A DNA stretch of 64,000 nucleotides from Solirubrobacterales bacterium (GTDB taxonomy: Bacteria > Actinomycetota > Thermoleophilia > Solirubrobacterales > 70-9): positions 3,104 to 67,103 of the forward strand of contig JAWVFK010000018.1 in the NCBI GenBank assembly GCA_033856175.1, given 5' to 3'. Below, piece after piece: positions 61,046-64,000 of the stretch (position 1 is the stretch's first letter; each line of letters starts with the position of its first letter). The position numbers were made by a program, and so were the translations under genes. The notes beneath the pieces were generated by a model. It did no database searches, was not told the DNA's origin, and saw only the letters and a list, made by a program, of their open reading frames with translations.

Positions 61046-62128
61046 CTAGTCGTCGAAGTCGAAGTCCTTCGGCGGTCGCTGCTCGAACCAGAGGTCCTCG
61101 TTCTCGGGCGTCTCCTGGAGGAACTCGGGCGTCTCCTCGAGAACGTCGCCATCGACGTCGTAGAGAACGGCCTCCTGCTCGCCTGACTCGCCCTGCTGCG
61201 GCTCGGCGGGACCGCCGAACGGCGGCGCGGCCTCATCTGGCATCGGCGGCGGTGGCTGGAGCTCGTCGTCGAGCTGCGACTCCTCCAGCGCGGGCTCCTC
61301 CAGCGCCGGCTCGGACTCGTCGAGCGGTGGCAGCTCGCCCTCGTCGCCGGCCTCCGCCTCAGCCGTCTCTTCATAAGTCGCCTCCTGCGGCGCATCCTCG
61401 CTGTCGGATGGCTGCGGGCCGGGCTCGGCGTCCTGCTGCTCGTCGCCGAGGTCGACCTCGAGCTCGTCGGCGAGCTCGGCGCCGTCGTCGAAGTCGTAGA
61501 AGTCGGCGAGCGGGCTCTCACCCTCGGTGATCACCGAAAGCGACTCGCCGATTCGATCGGGGGCGTCCGGAAGAACCTGGGTCGCCTGGTCCTGCTCGTC
61601 GTCGACGGGCTCGACGCCGGGGTCGGCGGGCGGCTCCATCCCCGCCTGGGGGCGCTCCTCTGTGCCGGGGGGCGGCGGCGTCGGCGGTTCCGGCGGCTCG
61701 TAGTCGTCGAGCTTGCCGGCGGCGCTGGGAGCGGTGGACTCGAAGACCGGCGGCGTCTCGGCCGACTCTTGCTCGGCTGATCCTTGCTCCGCTGACTCTT
61801 GCTCGGCTGATTCCGGCTCGGCCGGCTCGTCGAGATCGGGAAGGGCGTGCTCCTGGGTCTCGCCCAGGGCGGGCGCGGGCGCGGCAACGCCCGGCAGCGC
61901 CTCGGCTGAGGCCTCGAGGCTCCCCGGAGCGTCGGAGCCGGTCGCGGCGTCCTCGCTCGCGGTCGCCTCGGCTGGCTCCTCCGGGGCGGCAGCGGGCATC
62001 TCGCCGGCTCTCAACGGCGAGCCGAACGCCTCGTTTTCGAGGTTTCTTACCTCCACCTCTCGGGCGCCGTGCTTGCGTTTGAGCTCGAGATGCTCGCGAA
62101 TGGCCTCGTCGAGAATGCCCATGGTCAA
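61046..62128 (-). CDS. highly acidic low-complexity protein with conserved-looking N- and C-termini
   Basis: 360 aa. The N-terminus MTMGILDEAIREHLELKRKHGA and C-terminus EDLWFEQRPPKDFDFDD flank a Glu/Asp/Pro/Ala-rich region that includes ESAEQ repeats. Confidence 0.6.
   Translation of the reverse strand: MTMGILDEAIREHLELKRKHGAREVEVRNLENEAFGSPLRAGEMPAAAPEEPAEATASEDAATGSDAPGSLEASAEALPGVAAPAPALGETQEHALPDLDEPAEPESAEQESAEQGSAEQESAETPPVFESTAPSAAGKLDDYEPPEPPTPPPPGTEERPQAGMEPPADPGVEPVDDEQDQATQVLPDAPDRIGESLSVITEGESPLADFYDFDDGAELADELEVDLGDEQQDAEPGPQPSDSEDAPQEATYEETAEAEAGDEGELPPLDESEPALEEPALEESQLDDELQPPPPMPDEAAPPFGGPAEPQQGESGEQEAVLYDVDGDVLEETPEFLQETPENEDLWFEQRPPKDFDFDD
61757..61816 (-). repeat. four tandem 15-nt repeats (ESAEQ pentapeptide) inside the acidic protein gene
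   Basis: Plus-strand units: ctcggccgactcttg / ctcggctgatccttg / ctccgctgactcttg / ctcggctgattccgg. A degenerate fifth unit follows. Confidence 0.8.
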
Positions 62129-62279
62129 TCCGATAAAGGGTAAGCAGTCAGGCGCCGCGGTATGCGTCGCACGAGGTCCTATCTTCGCCGCTCGCGCCGC
62201 TGTCCCTACGTCCGCGGCGGGTCGCGGGGCGAACTCTTGCGGCGCTCACCGAGTGCTCAACCCCTGTGCTCTCGCCGGC

Positions 62280-63614
62280 CTAGGCCGCACTGCGGGTCTG
62301 GTTCTTGCCCGAGCGCTTGGCCTCGTAGAGCGCCTTGTCGGCGTCGGCGATCAGCCTGGTCACGTCGGCCGCTGTCTCAGGGGTGCCGGCGACGCCGATG
62401 CTGGCCCTGACGTTGACGACACCGTGGTCGCCGGGGAGCGTGATCGGGGTGCGCTCGAGCCTCATGCGCACGCGCTCGGCCAGCTCCACGGCGCCCTCGA
62501 TCGTCGTCTCCGGCAACACGATCGCGAACTCCTCGCCGCCGTAGCGCGACGGCTCGTCGATCTCGCGCGACTCGCTGCGCAGCATCTCGGCCACCTCCCT
62601 GAGCACCTGGTCGCCCTGGAGATGGCCGTAGGTGTCGTTGACGTCCTTGAAGTCGTCGATGTCGGCCATGACCAGCGAGAGCGGACGATCGAAGCGGCGT
62701 GCGCGCTCGACCTCCTTGGCGATCAGCTCGCGGAAGCGACGCTGGTTCGAGAGCCCCGTGAGCTCGTCGGTGAGCGCCTCCTGCTCGACGACGCCGTGCA
62801 GCTGCTGGAGGTCGCGCAGCAGCGGCAGGATCAGCATCAGCGCCAGCAGGAAGAAGGCGACGAGGACGGCGGCGAGCAGCGGCTGGCTCGATATCAGCCC
62901 GCCGGTGCTGATCGGCTCGAACAGCGTCAACCGCTGGGATGGAGTCAGCGTCACGGTGCGAGCGCGCTGCTCACCCTGAGGTAGATCGACGGTGCTCGAA
63001 GATGACGCGCCCTCGCCGCCGACGTCCGGCGGCGCCTCCTGCGCTGCGGCCGTCGCCGCAAGGCGAGTGGAGCCGCTGCTGAGCATCGCCGCCGCCCCGG
63101 TGAGCCTTCGCACCTCGTTGAGGAACATCGTCGCATCGGTGGCGGAAACGGTCAGCGAGCCAAGGGAAGAGGTCGCGTCTTGCAGCGTCAAGATCGCCGG
63201 GGCCACGAACACCCCGTTTTCAAAAGAGACCTCCGCCGAGCCTCCGGAGAACGTGAGCCTCAGCTCCTTGAGCCCACGCGCGGTGGCGATCCGATCGACC
63301 TGCGCCTTCACCTCGGCCGCTCGGCCGCCGCGCAGTGCGGCGGTCAGGCGGCGGTCGCGGGCGATCGCCTCGGCCTCGAGCCGATTGGCCGCCTGCTTGT
63401 CGCGATAGATGACGAGGGCGGTGCGCAGATCGCCGGCAAGGCGCGCGTCGGCCTTGCCCGTTCGCGACTCTCCCGAGAGCTGGATGACGAGGATCGTCAC
63501 GGCGGCCATCGGCACGATCACGATCAACGTGAAGAAAAGGGACAGCCGGCTGCGATAGCTCACGTGCGGAGAGCGTATCCTTGACCCAGGGCGGCGGCCG
63601 ATATGTCGCCGCAA
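62280..63614 (-). CDS. membrane-anchored diguanylate cyclase (GGDEF)
   Basis: Two TM segments flank a ~220-aa periplasmic-like sensor region. The C-terminal GGDEF domain has DELTGLSNQRRF, DIDDFKDVNDTYGH and the active site GGEEF. Confidence 0.9.
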   Translation of the reverse strand: MRRHIGRRPGSRIRSPHVSYRSRLSLFFTLIVIVPMAAVTILVIQLSGESRTGKADARLAGDLRTALVIYRDKQAANRLEAEAIARDRRLTAALRGGRAAEVKAQVDRIATARGLKELRLTFSGGSAEVSFENGVFVAPAILTLQDATSSLGSLTVSATDATMFLNEVRRLTGAAAMLSSGSTRLAATAAAQEAPPDVGGEGASSSSTVDLPQGEQRARTVTLTPSQRLTLFEPISTGGLISSQPLLAAVLVAFFLLALMLILPLLRDLQQLHGVVEQEALTDELTGLSNQRRFRELIAKEVERARRFDRPLSLVMADIDDFKDVNDTYGHLQGDQVLREVAEMLRSESREIDEPSRYGGEEFAIVLPETTIEGAVELAERVRMRLERTPITLPGDHGVVNVRASIGVAGTPETAADVTRLIADADKALYEAKRSGKNQTRSAA

Positions 63615-63626
63615 GATGCAAAGTTC

Positions 63627-63699
<73 letters not shown>

Positions 63700-63717
63700 T
63701 TGATTGGCCGAGCAGCG

Positions 63718-64000
63718 ATGATCTACCGCGGGCCGGAGGCGGACGTCGAGATTCCGGCCAGCGACGTCACCTCGTTCGTGCTCGAGCACGCCGCTGAGCG
63801 CGCTGACAAGGCGGCGCTCGTCGATGGGGCCTCGGGGCGGCAGCTGAGCTACGGCGAGCTCGTCGAGGCGATCCGCAGCCTTGCCGCGGGCCTCGCGGCA
63901 CGGGGCTTTGGGGACGGCGCCGTGCTCGGCGTCTTCATGCCGAACCTGCCCGAGTACGCGGTCGCCTTTCACGGCGCGGCGTCGGCCGGGGGCAAGTGCA
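63718..64000 (+). CDS. AMP-dependent synthetase/ligase (4-coumarate-CoA ligase-like), 3'-truncated by window edge
   Basis: ATG 63718 is open to the window end and is not in the ORF track. MIYRGPEADVEIP..DKAALVDGASGRQLSYGEL..GVFMPNLPEYAVAFHGA is the usual N-terminal region of adenylate-forming acyl-CoA ligases. The AMP-binding motif itself lies beyond the window. Confidence 0.6.
   Translation, partial: MIYRGPEADVEIPASDVTSFVLEHAAERADKAALVDGASGRQLSYGELVEAIRSLAAGLAARGFGDGAVLGVFMPNLPEYAVAFHGAASAGGKC

Noticed and set aside
61757-61831. Possible CRISPR-like or VNTR array from short direct repeats
   Set aside because: The units are contiguous 15-mers with no spacers and lie in frame inside a coding region (ESAEQ repeats). 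No CRISPR array or cas1 exists anywhere in the window.

Overview
High-GC (roughly 70% by spot counts), densely coding segment that looks actinobacterial: it has BfrB-type ferritin, HspR, and an Ino1/PIP-synthase/PimA-type lipid operon.

Core content, in order:
- ferritin (5'-truncated), a class II Fic protein, tRNA-Asp and cspA
- a phosphatidylinositol-lipid operon: SMS/IPC-synthase-like PAP2, PIP synthase, ino1, a PimA-like GT4 fused to a PHP phosphoesterase, and a UDG-like protein
- nth and a cytochrome c
- dnaK-grpE-dnaJ-hspR-clpB
- a purine cluster (purD-E-B / purC-S-Q-L / purF-N-H) interrupted by an antisense P450 and an antisense CSLREA beta-helix secreted protein
- thiamine genes: TPP riboswitch-thiO-thiS::thiG fusion, divergent from thiE
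- lpd, E1ab/E2 2-oxoacid dehydrogenase, lipB and lipA
- rhomboid, DD-carboxypeptidase, gdh, a GGDEF protein, two tRNA-Ala, and a partial acyl-CoA ligase

The stand-out is a ~10.6 kb lower-GC island (34825-45483; spot counts 47-57% against ~72% in flanking core). It sits flush against the 3' end of tRNA-Lys, and I found no integrase or att repeat. It contains:
1. A four-gene operon: Myb-like HTH, Cas2-like mini-protein, classical AAA+ ATPase, and a translationally coupled 450-aa orphan protein. It is divergent from an ImmA/IrrE-XRE pair, and the shared promoter region carries a duplicated operator-like repeat.
2. A ParB/Srx-like protein coupled to a 277-aa protein with a HEPN-like Rx4H motif.
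3. A solitary Dam-type methylase.
4. An EcoRI-methylase-like MTase coupled to a DUF262-HNH nuclease.

The AAA+/orphan operon and the ParB/HEPN-like pair are the best candidates for undescribed or poorly described immune systems. All functional calls rest on motif recognition by eye, since no database search was possible.
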